IMG/VR virus record: IMGVR_UViG_3300030098_005649
DNA: 64,000 nt
Source of the DNA: a virus
Lineage: Duplodnaviria > Caudoviricetes
Strand: one strand, 5' to 3'
The notes below the pieces were generated by a model, which did not search any database, was not told the origin of the DNA, and saw nothing but the letters and a program-made list of their open reading frames with translations. Numbering within the stretch: the first letter of the stretch is position 1; each line of letters starts with the position of its first letter. The translations under genes and the position numbers were made by a program. Below, piece by piece: positions 37,560 through 47,765 of this stretch.

Positions 37560-38729
37560 ATGAACAAAACAATCGTAAAAATTGAAAAGAGTGGAAATCG
37601 TTTCAATGCATTTGATGCAAATGGAAACAAATTCACTTCTCAAATTATCACTTCAACTCGTAAGTCGGCTTACGAAAACAATATGGCTCTTGAACAGAGA
37701 GAGGGTAAAGGTGGTCGTGTATATTGGTGGAAAGTCCCTATGAGTGAATTCGAGTCTACTATGGCTCCTGTAATTGATACATCAGTTATCGATGTTCCTA
37801 CAGAACACGCTGAAGTGTTGAACTTCATCCATTCTTCTTATGACCTCAAACCTAAAGGTTTGGTAATGAAAGAACTCAAGTGGAAATACTTGGTTCGTTC
37901 GGCAGTTCGTGGTAAAAATATTTTGATGACAGGTCCCGCTGGATGTGGTAAAACAATGGCGGCTAAGTCACTTGTAAATTCACTTGACCGACCTGACTTC
38001 TACTTCAACTTAGGTGCGACTCAAGACCCAAGGTCTTCACTAATTGGTAATACTCACTTCGATAAGAAGAAGGGTACTTACTTTTCTGAGGCACTTTTCG
38101 TCAAGGCGATTCAGACTCCAAACGCTGTGATTCTTCTTGATGAGTTATCAAGGGCTCATCCAGATGCTTGGAATATTCTAATGACCGTTCTTGACCAAGG
38201 TCAAAGATACCTTAGACTTGACGAGTCTACTACTCAAGAAACTATACCTGTCGCAGAGGGTGTTACTTTCGTCGCGACCGCTAACATTGGTAATGAGTAT
38301 ACTTCTACAAGAGTTATGGATAAGGCACTTATGGATAGGTTCATCACTATTGAGATGGATGTTCTTGGACAAGAAGAAGAATTTGGTTTACTTCAGTATA
38401 TGTTCCCGCATGTTGATGATACTTTACTACAATCTGTTTCTGAGATTTCTTCAGTAACTCGTACTGAGTCAATGTCAGAGGCTGGTAAATTATCAAATGG
38501 AGTATCTACAAGAACTTCTGTTGAGTTGGCTGGACTACTCTTTGATGGGTTCACACTTGATGAGGCTGCTGAAGTTACTATCTATCCACAATACTCTGAT
38601 GATGGTGGTGTAGAGTCTGAAAGAACCTATATCAGACAATTAGTTCAGAAGTATGTAAATGATGGAACTGATGAAGACTTATTCAACTCAGAAGAGATTG
38701 AAGAAGAAAATTCAGATGTGAGAATGTAG
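37560..38729 (+). CDS. MoxR/CbbQ-NirQ/CobS family AAA+ ATPase
   Basis: GPAGCGKT Walker A, ILLDELSRA Walker B, ATAN, ALMDRF; SD aaagga. Confidence 0.92.
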   Translation: MNKTIVKIEKSGNRFNAFDANGNKFTSQIITSTRKSAYENNMALEQREGKGGRVYWWKVPMSEFESTMAPVIDTSVIDVPTEHAEVLNFIHSSYDLKPKGLVMKELKWKYLVRSAVRGKNILMTGPAGCGKTMAAKSLVNSLDRPDFYFNLGATQDPRSSLIGNTHFDKKKGTYFSEALFVKAIQTPNAVILLDELSRAHPDAWNILMTVLDQGQRYLRLDESTTQETIPVAEGVTFVATANIGNEYTSTRVMDKALMDRFITIEMDVLGQEEEFGLLQYMFPHVDDTLLQSVSEISSVTRTESMSEAGKLSNGVSTRTSVELAGLLFDGFTLDEAAEVTIYPQYSDDGGVESERTYIRQLVQKYVNDGTDEDLFNSEEIEEENSDVRM

Positions 38730-38782
38730 TCTCACATCTTTGGGTGGGGTGGTTTTCATTCCTTTTTCCGCCCCACCTTTTT
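38715..38782 (+). terminator. tandem hairpins / intrinsic terminator after AAA gene
   Basis: GATGTGAGA/TCTCACATC then GGTGGGGTGG/CCGCCCCACC plus TTTTT. Confidence 0.8.
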
Positions 38783-38827
38783 GTCAAAGGAATGAAAAAA
38801 CTTTTATAATATAATAACGGAGAAACA

Positions 38828-39121
38828 ATGGAAAAGTCGAAATACTCAGCATATGATAATTATCTTCTTATGGCTGATAAAACGAATAAAGTAAAATTAG
38901 GTTATCATTATTTTTTGGATTATCAAGAGACATTGAAAATTTTATCAATAATTTCTAATACCTCAAATAATTTTTCTACCTATTTATATAATGGGAGTGA
39001 TTATAAAAAAATAGTCACATCAGCCGAGGCCAGTAAGGCAATTCAATCTAACGAAATGAATTCTACTCAAGGACTCGATATTATGAAACGAGTTGCAACA
39101 CAGCATGGTTTGAGATTTTAG
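38828..39121 (+). CDS. hypothetical protein
   Basis: SD ggag. Confidence 0.65.
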   Translation: MEKSKYSAYDNYLLMADKTNKVKLGYHYFLDYQETLKILSIISNTSNNFSTYLYNGSDYKKIVTSAEASKAIQSNEMNSTQGLDIMKRVATQHGLRF

Positions 39122-39145
39122 TTGTAACCGAACTGGAGAAGTATA

Positions 39146-39340
39146 ATGAAATCAATACTAACAGGAATACTCTCACTTTTTATTTTCTTTGGAGCAGTTC
39201 CACAAGTAAATGCTATGGATATGAATATGGCAGGAATGGAAGAAATCAAGAAGAAGAAAAAAAGTAAGAAAAAGAAAATTGGTAAAAAAGGTAAGAAAAC
39301 TAAAAAAGGTTTCTTTTCAAAAATCTTTGGAAGTAAGTAA
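39146..39340 (+). CDS. small secreted Lys-rich peptide
   Basis: Signal peptide VNA|M; poly-Lys tail; SD ggag. Confidence 0.7.
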   Translation: MKSILTGILSLFIFFGAVPQVNAMDMNMAGMEEIKKKKKSKKKKIGKKGKKTKKGFFSKIFGSK

Positions 39341-39657
39341 TGAATAATCCCTTTACTAAATTTGTTAGTTGGACTATAGAAAAAGGTGCATTAGACCATT
39401 GGACGGCATATCATATTGCTGCTGGTTTGTTTATTGCAAAGGTGGCTCAATGGTTAGGTGCTAGTGATTTATGGGCAGTTCTATGGGTTCTGATTATCGG
39501 AATAGCTTGGGAAATTTTTGAATACATAATCGAAGGAACTGAAGAGACTTATGGTACTGTTGAGAAGTGGGCTTGGAATACTGCATCAGATATTGTTGTG
39601 GAAGTGGGAGCTGCTTGGTGGATGGTATTACCAGTTGCAGAAAAAGTTCTAAATTAG
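39340..39657 (+). CDS. small multi-TM membrane protein
   Basis: DHWTAYH..WEIFE..DI pattern; hydrophobic helices. Confidence 0.7.
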   Translation: MNNPFTKFVSWTIEKGALDHWTAYHIAAGLFIAKVAQWLGASDLWAVLWVLIIGIAWEIFEYIIEGTEETYGTVEKWAWNTASDIVVEVGAAWWMVLPVAEKVLN

Positions 39658-39666
39658 GAGAAAGTT

Positions 39667-40164
39667 GTGGGTAAAAGACCAGCATCATTTGAGTATAATG
39701 GTACGCTCGTAAAAGTTTTAGATGGAGATACAATCGATTGTTATATCGACTTGGGTTTCGATTTGAAAATAAAAAAACGAATTAGATATATGGGTATAGA
39801 TACTTGGGAAAGTAGAACTCGTGATAAAGAAGAAAAAGTCAAAGGACTCGCAGCTAAAGCTCGTAATAAAGAGTTATTAGAGGCTGGTGTTTTCAAGATT
39901 GTTTCTTATGGAACAGGTAAATTTGGTAGGGTACTTGGAGAAATCTTTGTAGACCCATCAGTAGTTGGTCACGAAGTTTCTGAAAATGTCGATAGAAATA
40001 AAGACGGGTTAGTGAGTATCAATGACATACTTATAGAAGAGGGACATGCCTACGATTACCACGGTGGTAAGAAGAAAGATTTCAAGGCAGAGGCCAAGAA
40101 AGAAATTGAGGCAGAGAAGAAAGGAAAGTCGGCAGACTTAGTAGACAAACCCTCAGAGGAATAA
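39667..40164 (+). CDS. thermonuclease (SNase-like) family protein
   Basis: VLDGDTID, IRYMGIDTWE, GKFGRVLG, NDILIEEGHA. Confidence 0.9.
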   Translation: MGKRPASFEYNGTLVKVLDGDTIDCYIDLGFDLKIKKRIRYMGIDTWESRTRDKEEKVKGLAAKARNKELLEAGVFKIVSYGTGKFGRVLGEIFVDPSVVGHEVSENVDRNKDGLVSINDILIEEGHAYDYHGGKKKDFKAEAKKEIEAEKKGKSADLVDKPSEE

Positions 40165-40168
40165 TAAT

Positions 40169-40420
40169 TTGGAAAATCAGTTACAAGAATTACTAACAAT
40201 CACTATGGAAGAATGTGGAGAGTTGATACAAGCTTGTAGTAAAGCTATAAGATGTGATGACTACCATATGAATGAAAAACTCATTGAAGAGATTGGTGAT
40301 GTTATGTGTATGATTGAATTATTACAGGAATATGATTTAGTCTCTTATCAAGAAATAGATGAGAGAGTAATAGAGAAACGAAACAAACTAAAGAAATGGA
40401 GTAATTTACTAAATGGATAA
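40169..40420 (+). CDS. MazG-like NTP pyrophosphohydrolase
   Basis: EECGELIQA..EEIGDV. Confidence 0.85.
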   Translation: MENQLQELLTITMEECGELIQACSKAIRCDDYHMNEKLIEEIGDVMCMIELLQEYDLVSYQEIDERVIEKRNKLKKWSNLLNG

Positions 40421-40563
40421 AGTATCACATTTGCTAAAAGGCGACAAGAGGTTGGAAACTGAAACATATGACCAATTCAAAATAAGGCGTAAGGCTGAAA
40501 AAATGTTGGTCAAACAATATCTAAAAGGTAGACCAGTACAGGCTACTAAAAAGGATAATTGAG

Positions 40564-40809
40564 ATGATAAAATATTTTACGGCAGGTTGGTGTGGGCCTT
40601 GTCAGGTATTCAAACCAGTAATGGAACAATTGAAATCAGAGGGTCACCCAATTCAGATATTAGATGTTGATGCAAATCAACAAGAAGCACAACAATATGG
40701 AGTTCGTTCTGTACCAACTTGTGTAGTGTTGGATTCTAATAACAATATAAAAGAAACATTAGTTGGTGTACAGACTAAGGAAAGGGTATTGGAATCACTA
40801 AATGGCTAG
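40564..40809 (+). CDS. trxA: thioredoxin
   Basis: WCGPC, VRSVPT. Confidence 0.93.
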   Translation: MIKYFTAGWCGPCQVFKPVMEQLKSEGHPIQILDVDANQQEAQQYGVRSVPTCVVLDSNNNIKETLVGVQTKERVLESLNG

Positions 40810-40945
40810 AGCAAAAGGTATTATAGATACACGACCACAAAAGAAACGAAAGAAGACTCGTCAAGGAAATGGTCGTGGAACTAAATTCAGTACTCGGAAT
40901 TCAAAACGATTCAAGAAAAAATATAGAGGTCAAGGTAAATGTTAG
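40802..40945 (+). CDS. 47-aa highly basic protein (not in ORF track)
   Basis: MARAKG..KKYRGQGKC; overlaps trx stop. Confidence 0.6.
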   Translation: MARAKGIIDTRPQKKRKKTRQGNGRGTKFSTRNSKRFKKKYRGQGKC

Positions 40946-41074
40946 ATTTTATTGCACAAATAATTGTATTCAATTGGATACCACTTTCACTAATGGTAAT
41001 TGGATGTTGGATATTTTTGGAATTTGTAAAGTACGAACATAAAAGATTGAATAATAAATAAAATAAAATAGGTT

Positions 41075-41395
41075 ATGATAGCAGAATATTTTTTGATGGG
41101 TGTTCTCGCACCATCATTTTTAAATTTGGTTCATTTGGTAATGAATCTTTACATAGTTGTAGCAAGAGGTAACATACTTAGTTTAGGATTTAGTGGAATA
41201 AGTTTTCTAACCAAATCAATTGGTATGATATTCTTTACTTGGTTAGGTATAGAAATAATTGGATTAGATTATAGAATCTATGTTCCGATACTTACATTCG
41301 TTTGGTTCTTTTCTCATCTATGTGAAGCATTTGTGATACAACATTATATGGAAAAAAATGTACCGAAGTGGTTACAAGATTTACAAATAAAATAG
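41075..41395 (+). CDS. membrane protein
   Basis: Several hydrophobic helices. Confidence 0.65.
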   Translation: MIAEYFLMGVLAPSFLNLVHLVMNLYIVVARGNILSLGFSGISFLTKSIGMIFFTWLGIEIIGLDYRIYVPILTFVWFFSHLCEAFVIQHYMEKNVPKWLQDLQIK

Positions 41396-41907
41396 GAGAA
41401 AGTTATGGTAGAAGTATTAACAATAGGTGGAACTGTTGTATTTGCTTTTTATTTAGTATACGCTTTATATTATAATGAATATAAAGATTTTTTTGAATAA
41501 GGATAAACTGATGAAAGAAGTATTAGAATGTTATAAAATTATAGTACCTTATGCAACTGAAACAACATCAGTAACAGCAAAATATTATTGTTGGGAATTA
41601 GATTATGAGGTATAAATTAATTACAGATTATACAACAATTGATGGTACATTGTATAGTGGTGACTTAGTTACTGAAGAAGTTAGTAACACAAAAGATGAA
41701 TCTAAAATTAGGGTAAAGGATGCTATGGGTCGTATATGGTTTGTACCTAAAAAAATTTTGAAGGTTTTTAAGATTTGACATATATTTATATAATGAAAGA
41801 CAATATGACATACGCACAAAAGTGGTATAGATATTGTATAATAATAATTGTATCGCTCACAGGAGGATACAAGTTTGGCTAAAAGTAAACAACATAGGAG
41901 AAAACAA

Positions 41908-42381
41908 ATGACTAAAGTAGTTGTCCGCAATCCATTCCCTATAATCGATAGGGATTCCTTTTTAACACCTTTTGATAAAATGTTTGATGAACTCGTTCAA
42001 CATTCATTTCCTGAAATCAACAAACAAGTTGGAGTCAATCCATTTCAAGGTACTGCATATCCAAAGGTCAATGTATATGAATACGATGACAAAGTTGGTG
42101 TAATTGCAGAGATTCCTGGTCTTGATAAGAAAGACTTGAATGTAGAAGTTGAAGATGGTAAACTAACTATCTCAGGTGACAAACATAGTGTACCTGAAGA
42201 TACTGGTGCAAAAGTAATTCGTAGAGAACTCAAACAATCCTCGTTCAGGCGTTCTTTCGAGTTAGGTGAGTTATTGGATGGTGATAACATCTCTGCTAAC
42301 TTCAAAGACGGTATTCTATCCGTTGAGATTCCTAAAATAGAACCAACTCTTCCAAAGAAGAATGTGGTTAAAATCTCATAA
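41908..42381 (+). CDS. small heat-shock protein Hsp20
   Basis: YPKVNV, AEIPGLDK, RRELKQSSFRRSF, ANFKDGILSVEIPK; SD aggag. Confidence 0.95.
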   Translation: MTKVVVRNPFPIIDRDSFLTPFDKMFDELVQHSFPEINKQVGVNPFQGTAYPKVNVYEYDDKVGVIAEIPGLDKKDLNVEVEDGKLTISGDKHSVPEDTGAKVIRRELKQSSFRRSFELGELLDGDNISANFKDGILSVEIPKIEPTLPKKNVVKIS

Positions 42382-42570
42382 TTGAATAACCGAGTTATAA
42401 ATGTCCACGATACTCTGTATCTTATCAAAGGTAAAATGTTAGTACAGAATGTCGATGACAAAGGTGCAGAGTATTGGAAGGACAAATGGGCCGTAGACTC
42501 GGTCCTCAGAAGTGGTGATATGTACTACTTCTGTAATAAAATTATCGATGCAGAATTTTCAGACTCATAA
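42382..42570 (+). CDS. hypothetical protein
   Basis: Adjacent TTG start. Confidence 0.55.
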   Translation: MNNRVINVHDTLYLIKGKMLVQNVDDKGAEYWKDKWAVDSVLRSGDMYYFCNKIIDAEFSDS

Positions 42571-42615
42571 ATAATTTTTTACTATTTATTACTACTAAAT
42601 AACATAAGGTAAACT

Positions 42616-42825
42616 ATGAAAAATAAAGATTTGATTTTGAATAGAATCGGACAAATACAGATTTCTATTGACAGAACAAAACAAGGGATACAGAGTGCAT
42701 CGATATCCCCAAACGAAGCCATTAAGAATTTGGAACGAGCTCTTGATGTAATGGAACAATTAGAAAACCTAATTGAAATACAAGAGGACTCCACAATATC
42801 TGCTTTTGGTTCTGATGTATTATAG
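42616..42825 (+). CDS. hypothetical protein
   Basis: SD aaggt. Confidence 0.6.
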   Translation: MKNKDLILNRIGQIQISIDRTKQGIQSASISPNEAIKNLERALDVMEQLENLIEIQEDSTISAFGSDVL

Positions 42826-42834
42826 GAGAATCAA

Positions 42835-43770
42835 TTGGGTAATGAAAAACTATTTCCATACTTAGTAGGACTTTCCGCACTTATGGTTGCTGGTTCAGCA
42901 GCTTTTTATTCAGTATACGGACTTTCAAAATTATTTAGTGGTGCAACTTTTGCCGTAATTGTTATGGCAGGTTCATTGGAATTTGCTAAGTTAGTAACTG
43001 CATCATTCCTATATAGATTTTGGGATAAGATAAATATTGTTATGAGAAACTATATGTTAGTTGGTGTGGTAACATTAGTAATTATAACGAGTGCTGGTAT
43101 CTTTGGATTTCTATCTAATGCATATCAAGGTGCAACAATTGGATTCCAAAAAGAATCTACCAAGTTATTAGCATTAGAGGAACGACTCGATAATTTACAA
43201 GAAGAGAAAAGGTCACTAAAAGATGATTTAGAATTTCAACTTAGTGAACTACCTGATAACTATCGTACTGCAAAAAGAAAACTTCGTGCTGATTATAATC
43301 CACAAATACAAGAAGTAAATCAAGAGGTATTGGAGATAAAAGAACAGATATCAAATTTAGAATTGAAATTGATTGATACAGGTATTGATGTAGGACCTGC
43401 AATTTATTTGGCAAAGATATTCGATACCGATGTAGATACTGTGGTGAAGTATTTTATATTTGTTCTTATCTTTGTGTTTGACCCAATGGCGGTTGTATTA
43501 GTTATCGCATATAATGTAGCGCTTACCAATCGATTATATCAAAATTCGGGGCCCAGAAAAACAGAAAAAGAGAAAACTTGGAGTGTTTATGGTGAGGGAT
43601 TTTTGAGTTCACTAAAAGGTAAAATATTCAAAAAAGACGAACCTGTAACTTACGAAGAAAAATCGAAAAAGTCAAGCAAAAAAATCGAAAAAATAAAAAA
43701 AGATATTATTGAAGAAGAAAAGAAACCACATAAATTTGGGAGAGATGCTCGTAAACCATCACCTAATTAG
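42835..43770 (+). CDS. multi-TM coiled-coil membrane protein
   Basis: Three N-terminal TMs, coiled coil, IFVFDPMAVVL C-terminal TM. Confidence 0.7.
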   Translation: MGNEKLFPYLVGLSALMVAGSAAFYSVYGLSKLFSGATFAVIVMAGSLEFAKLVTASFLYRFWDKINIVMRNYMLVGVVTLVIITSAGIFGFLSNAYQGATIGFQKESTKLLALEERLDNLQEEKRSLKDDLEFQLSELPDNYRTAKRKLRADYNPQIQEVNQEVLEIKEQISNLELKLIDTGIDVGPAIYLAKIFDTDVDTVVKYFIFVLIFVFDPMAVVLVIAYNVALTNRLYQNSGPRKTEKEKTWSVYGEGFLSSLKGKIFKKDEPVTYEEKSKKSSKKIEKIKKDIIEEEKKPHKFGRDARKPSPN

Positions 43771-43772
43771 TT

Positions 43773-46700
43773 ATGAAAATAAATTTAGTTACATCATTTT
43801 ATAATAACTCACAATACTTTGACGAGATTAGTAAATCTGTAGAAGAGGCCATAAAGTTATATCCAAATACAGAATGGGTAGTTACTGATGATTTTGACAA
43901 AAGTGATATTGGGATAACTCTAAAAAAATATCAAATAACAAACTACCATACAAAAGTTATAACACAAAATTACAAACAAGAACTATATTGGAATCCACAT
44001 AAATTTTGTGATGGTGATATTATAGTTGGTTTGGATGCAGATGATGTTTTGATGCCTGATGCATTATGGTATATAAATCATATCTATACAAGATTTCCTG
44101 ATGTCCATAACTTACACTTCTCTACTAAATTCTACAAGGATAGTTTTGAATGGAATAACTATCATAATACATCTATGGTAGATTATAAAGATTATGAAAG
44201 TTTTGTTGAATATCATAAAGACTATGAACTAAATAAATCAATTGCTGGTGGACCTTTTAGAGATAAAGAACCACGAGTTGGATATGTTTGGGGTGGGTTG
44301 AGATGTTATAAAAATCCTGGTAAAGACTTTGATTTCCTAAAATATTTTCCACAAGAAATAAAAGACTATGGTAAACACGAAGACTTTGTAAAGTTATCTG
44401 TATTACAAACTCTTGGTAAATCACTTTATGTAAACAGACCAATTTATAAATTACGAAGACACGATAAACAAACTACAGGAAATTATGTTTGGGAAAATAA
44501 TGAGAATTACGATGATAATAAATTTTCTGTAATTAGAGATAATGCACCTAAACCTAAATATGGATTTGAAAAGGGATTGACATTATGTGATTCGATTACT
44601 AATTCACTTGTGGTGTTAGAAGAATTTGATAATATAAATGTAGTTGCATTGAAGAATTTTCCAGATGATTTTGATACTATGGAATCACTTAGATGTACTT
44701 ATCCTGATTTGGTATTTGAAACATATGTAAAAAAAGATACAGACCTCGTAGTCTTTAGAGTAAATAATATTGATGATTATGCAAATGTAAAATTTGAAAT
44801 AGATGATTTGAAAGATGATTATAGTATAATAGTATTTTGTGAAGATGAAAATTTTACTCACGAAACTTGTGATGAGGGTGAAGAAAAACTCACCCATATA
44901 AAAATGGTAAAATCTCATTTTGAAAAATGTTTATGGACTACATACCTTTACAAATATTATTGGATAATGTCTGTAAAAGAATCTAAAAAATATAATTTCA
45001 ATGTTAGATTGGAAACAAGTTTTATAGGTACAACAGGATATAATAATCACGCAAGAGACCATTTTACAAAAGTAGACGAAAGAGTACCAGTAAAGATTGG
45101 TAACTTTACTATCGGTAAGGGTTGGAAAGGTATGAGTAACGACCCACATAAAAGTGAACCTTATATGACAAATCAAATATCTACGATGTTAGACCAACAA
45201 TACTTGTGGAATAAAGATAAACAACTCATAAAAGAACCAATGTATCAAGATAGACATTTACAAGATGGTAGATGGGATAAGAATGAAGATGAAGTTTACA
45301 TTGTTTTGAATGAGGCAAATCATCATTTATTTTATCAAGACCATCCAAATAATATTCCTAAAATTGCATTCAATGTTTGGGAAACTACAAGATATGAAGA
45401 TAGTTTTTTCAAGAAACTTTTAGAGTTTGACCAACTATGGTTACCAAGTGAGTGGGCAAAACAATGTGTTATAGAACAAGGATATCCTGAAGACAAGGTA
45501 CAAATTGTAACTGAGGGAGTTGATGGTCAAACATTCTATCCAAAGAAAGTTGAAGAAAGTGATAGATTCAAATTTATTATTTTTGGTAGATGGGATTATA
45601 GAAAATGTACCAAAGAACTTATACAAACATTTCTAAATACTTTTGGTATGGATGAAAAAGTAGATTTGATTGTATCAGTAGACAATCCTTTTTCTATTGA
45701 TGGATTGGAATCTACAGAAGAAAGACTAAAACATTTTGGTTTAGAGGATGACCGAATAAAAGTATTACATTTTCCGAGTAGAGAAGAATATATAAATTAC
45801 ATACAACAAGGAAATGTATTTTTATCTTGTGCAAGAAGTGAGGGTTGGAACTTACCATTGATAGAGGCACTTGCTTGTGGTACTCCATCAATTTGTAGTA
45901 ATTGGGGTGCACAATTACAATTTGCAAAAGACTATGCACACTTAGTTGATATTATAGATGAAAGACCAGCAGTTGAGGGTGAAGAAACTTTCAACTATAA
46001 AGCACCTGGTAATTATTGTGAACCAGACTTTGACCACTTAGGTAAAGTTATGAGAGATGTCTATGAAAATTATACAGAGTATAAAGAAAAGGCTATACAC
46101 GATTCTGTATTATTGAGAAATGAATTTCAATGGAAAAGAGTTGCTAATAAATCATTAGATGTTATGAAAAATTTGATAAATACATTTGACTCTAATATGT
46201 TCAAGGTTGAGTTGAGTAAGAATGAAGATAACCTTGATAAGATAGAATATAGTTTTGGTACTGAATTGAATGATGTTGTTGTATCGATAAAAGACTCATC
46301 AACTAATCTAACAATATATCATTGTAAGTATGATAAGGTAGATTCTAATGTAACTTATTGGGTTGTACCAAATTCATATGTAGATTTTGAAGAAATAAAA
46401 ATGGATTTTGAAATTGAAGTTTATTCAAATGGTGAACTTTATACTTCTAAAAAAATTGGATATGGTTCTGATAAACAACACAGATATTTTCATAATTCAC
46501 CAACAGATAATAATTGGTATAATTTTTATGAAATGAATCATATGAAAATTTATGAAAAAGAATTATTTGTAAATGATGAAAGTGTTGTGATTGATGTTGG
46601 TGGTAGTTGTGGAGTTTTTACAGATTATGTTTTGAACAAAGGTGCAACTCAAGTATTTTGTTTTGAACCAGTACCAGATACATACGAAGACTTATTGAAA

Positions 46701-47765
46701 ACTTTTGAAGACGAACCGAATGTTACAATAATAAATGAGGCGGTAACTACTCACGATTACAAGGTGGATATAAACATACCAAGAAGTGCAACATCAGTAT
46801 CTACAATAGAATTAGATGATGCAAAACATCACGAGTCAGTTGATAATTTGAGTCAAAACTTTTTTGATGACTATGAAACTATTACGGTTGATGGTTGTAA
46901 TTTTGATGAGTATTTGAAAAAATTTAGAAATGTGGATGTTGTAAAATTTGATGTTGAGGGACACGAGTATTCTATTTTTGAAAATTTATCAGATGAGAAT
47001 ATACAAAAAGTAAATCAATGGGTAATAGAATGGCACTTCAATTATGATGGTGGTAAGATTGATAAAATTTATTATAGACTAAAAGAACTTGGTTATGATG
47101 TAAAACTAAATCAAACATCATCAACTGAAGATGGTTATCTAAATAATAGTTCTGGTATTTTATTTGCAAAAAAATATAAAGAGAAAAAAGAAAAAGTGAT
47201 TGTTGATTTTATAGATGGATGTAAAGTAGAAATATTAGATGGTGACTCAAAAGATGATTACCTAATTCATTTTATTGACAAAGATAATAAAGTACCAACC
47301 GAAAAAATAAGAATGAAAACTAATCATTGGTACAAACCTGGCCGTCACTATTTTGTAAATTGGAGAGTTGTAGTTTATAGAAATAAAGAATTGATACATA
47401 CTGAAGATTTAGATTTGAATGGAAAAAATGTAACTATACAATTTGATTCAAAGTCACTTGGAGATACTATCGCGTGGTTTCCGTATGTGGAAGAGTTTAG
47501 AAAAAAACATAAATGTAATGTCTATGTTTCTACATTCAAAAACTTTCTGTTTCAGAACAATTATAAAAATATTAATTATTTAGAACCAGGACAATATGGT
47601 GATAATACTTATGCAAGTTATCATATTGGTTGGTACAAAAATGATAAAGGTGAAATAGACCTTGCAAGAAATAAACAAGATTTTAGAAAAATTCCTTTAC
47701 AAAAATCAGCAACTGAAATATTAGGTTTAGATTTTGTAGAGATAAAACCAAAGGTAAAATTATGA
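43773..47765 (+). CDS. multidomain GT2 + GT4 + FkbM methyltransferase + N-lobe of heptosyltransferase
   Basis: LDADD; SCARSEGWNLPLIEALACG; IDVGGSCG..FEP..KFDVEGHE; C-terminal SLGDTIAWFPY..IPLQ..ILGL. Confidence 0.85.
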   Translation: MKINLVTSFYNNSQYFDEISKSVEEAIKLYPNTEWVVTDDFDKSDIGITLKKYQITNYHTKVITQNYKQELYWNPHKFCDGDIIVGLDADDVLMPDALWYINHIYTRFPDVHNLHFSTKFYKDSFEWNNYHNTSMVDYKDYESFVEYHKDYELNKSIAGGPFRDKEPRVGYVWGGLRCYKNPGKDFDFLKYFPQEIKDYGKHEDFVKLSVLQTLGKSLYVNRPIYKLRRHDKQTTGNYVWENNENYDDNKFSVIRDNAPKPKYGFEKGLTLCDSITNSLVVLEEFDNINVVALKNFPDDFDTMESLRCTYPDLVFETYVKKDTDLVVFRVNNIDDYANVKFEIDDLKDDYSIIVFCEDENFTHETCDEGEEKLTHIKMVKSHFEKCLWTTYLYKYYWIMSVKESKKYNFNVRLETSFIGTTGYNNHARDHFTKVDERVPVKIGNFTIGKGWKGMSNDPHKSEPYMTNQISTMLDQQYLWNKDKQLIKEPMYQDRHLQDGRWDKNEDEVYIVLNEANHHLFYQDHPNNIPKIAFNVWETTRYEDSFFKKLLEFDQLWLPSEWAKQCVIEQGYPEDKVQIVTEGVDGQTFYPKKVEESDRFKFIIFGRWDYRKCTKELIQTFLNTFGMDEKVDLIVSVDNPFSIDGLESTEERLKHFGLEDDRIKVLHFPSREEYINYIQQGNVFLSCARSEGWNLPLIEALACGTPSICSNWGAQLQFAKDYAHLVDIIDERPAVEGEETFNYKAPGNYCEPDFDHLGKVMRDVYENYTEYKEKAIHDSVLLRNEFQWKRVANKSLDVMKNLINTFDSNMFKVELSKNEDNLDKIEYSFGTELNDVVVSIKDSSTNLTIYHCKYDKVDSNVTYWVVPNSYVDFEEIKMDFEIEVYSNGELYTSKKIGYGSDKQHRYFHNSPTDNNWYNFYEMNHMKIYEKELFVNDESVVIDVGGSCGVFTDYVLNKGATQVFCFEPVPDTYEDLLKTFEDEPNVTIINEAVTTHDYKVDINIPRSATSVSTIELDDAKHHESVDNLSQNFFDDYETITVDGCNFDEYLKKFRNVDVVKFDVEGHEYSIFENLSDENIQKVNQWVIEWHFNYDGGKIDKIYYRLKELGYDVKLNQTSSTEDGYLNNSSGILFAKKYKEKKEKVIVDFIDGCKVEILDGDSKDDYLIHFIDKDNKVPTEKIRMKTNHWYKPGRHYFVNWRVVVYRNKELIHTEDLDLNGKNVTIQFDSKSLGDTIAWFPYVEEFRKKHKCNVYVSTFKNFLFQNNYKNINYLEPGQYGDNTYASYHIGWYKNDKGEIDLARNKQDFRKIPLQKSATEILGLDFVEIKPKVKL

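Noticed and set aside
41836-41870. ROSE/CIRCE heat-shock element before hsp20
   Set aside because: A hairpin TTGTATC/GATACAA exists but does not cover the SD and lacks ROSE or CIRCE consensus.
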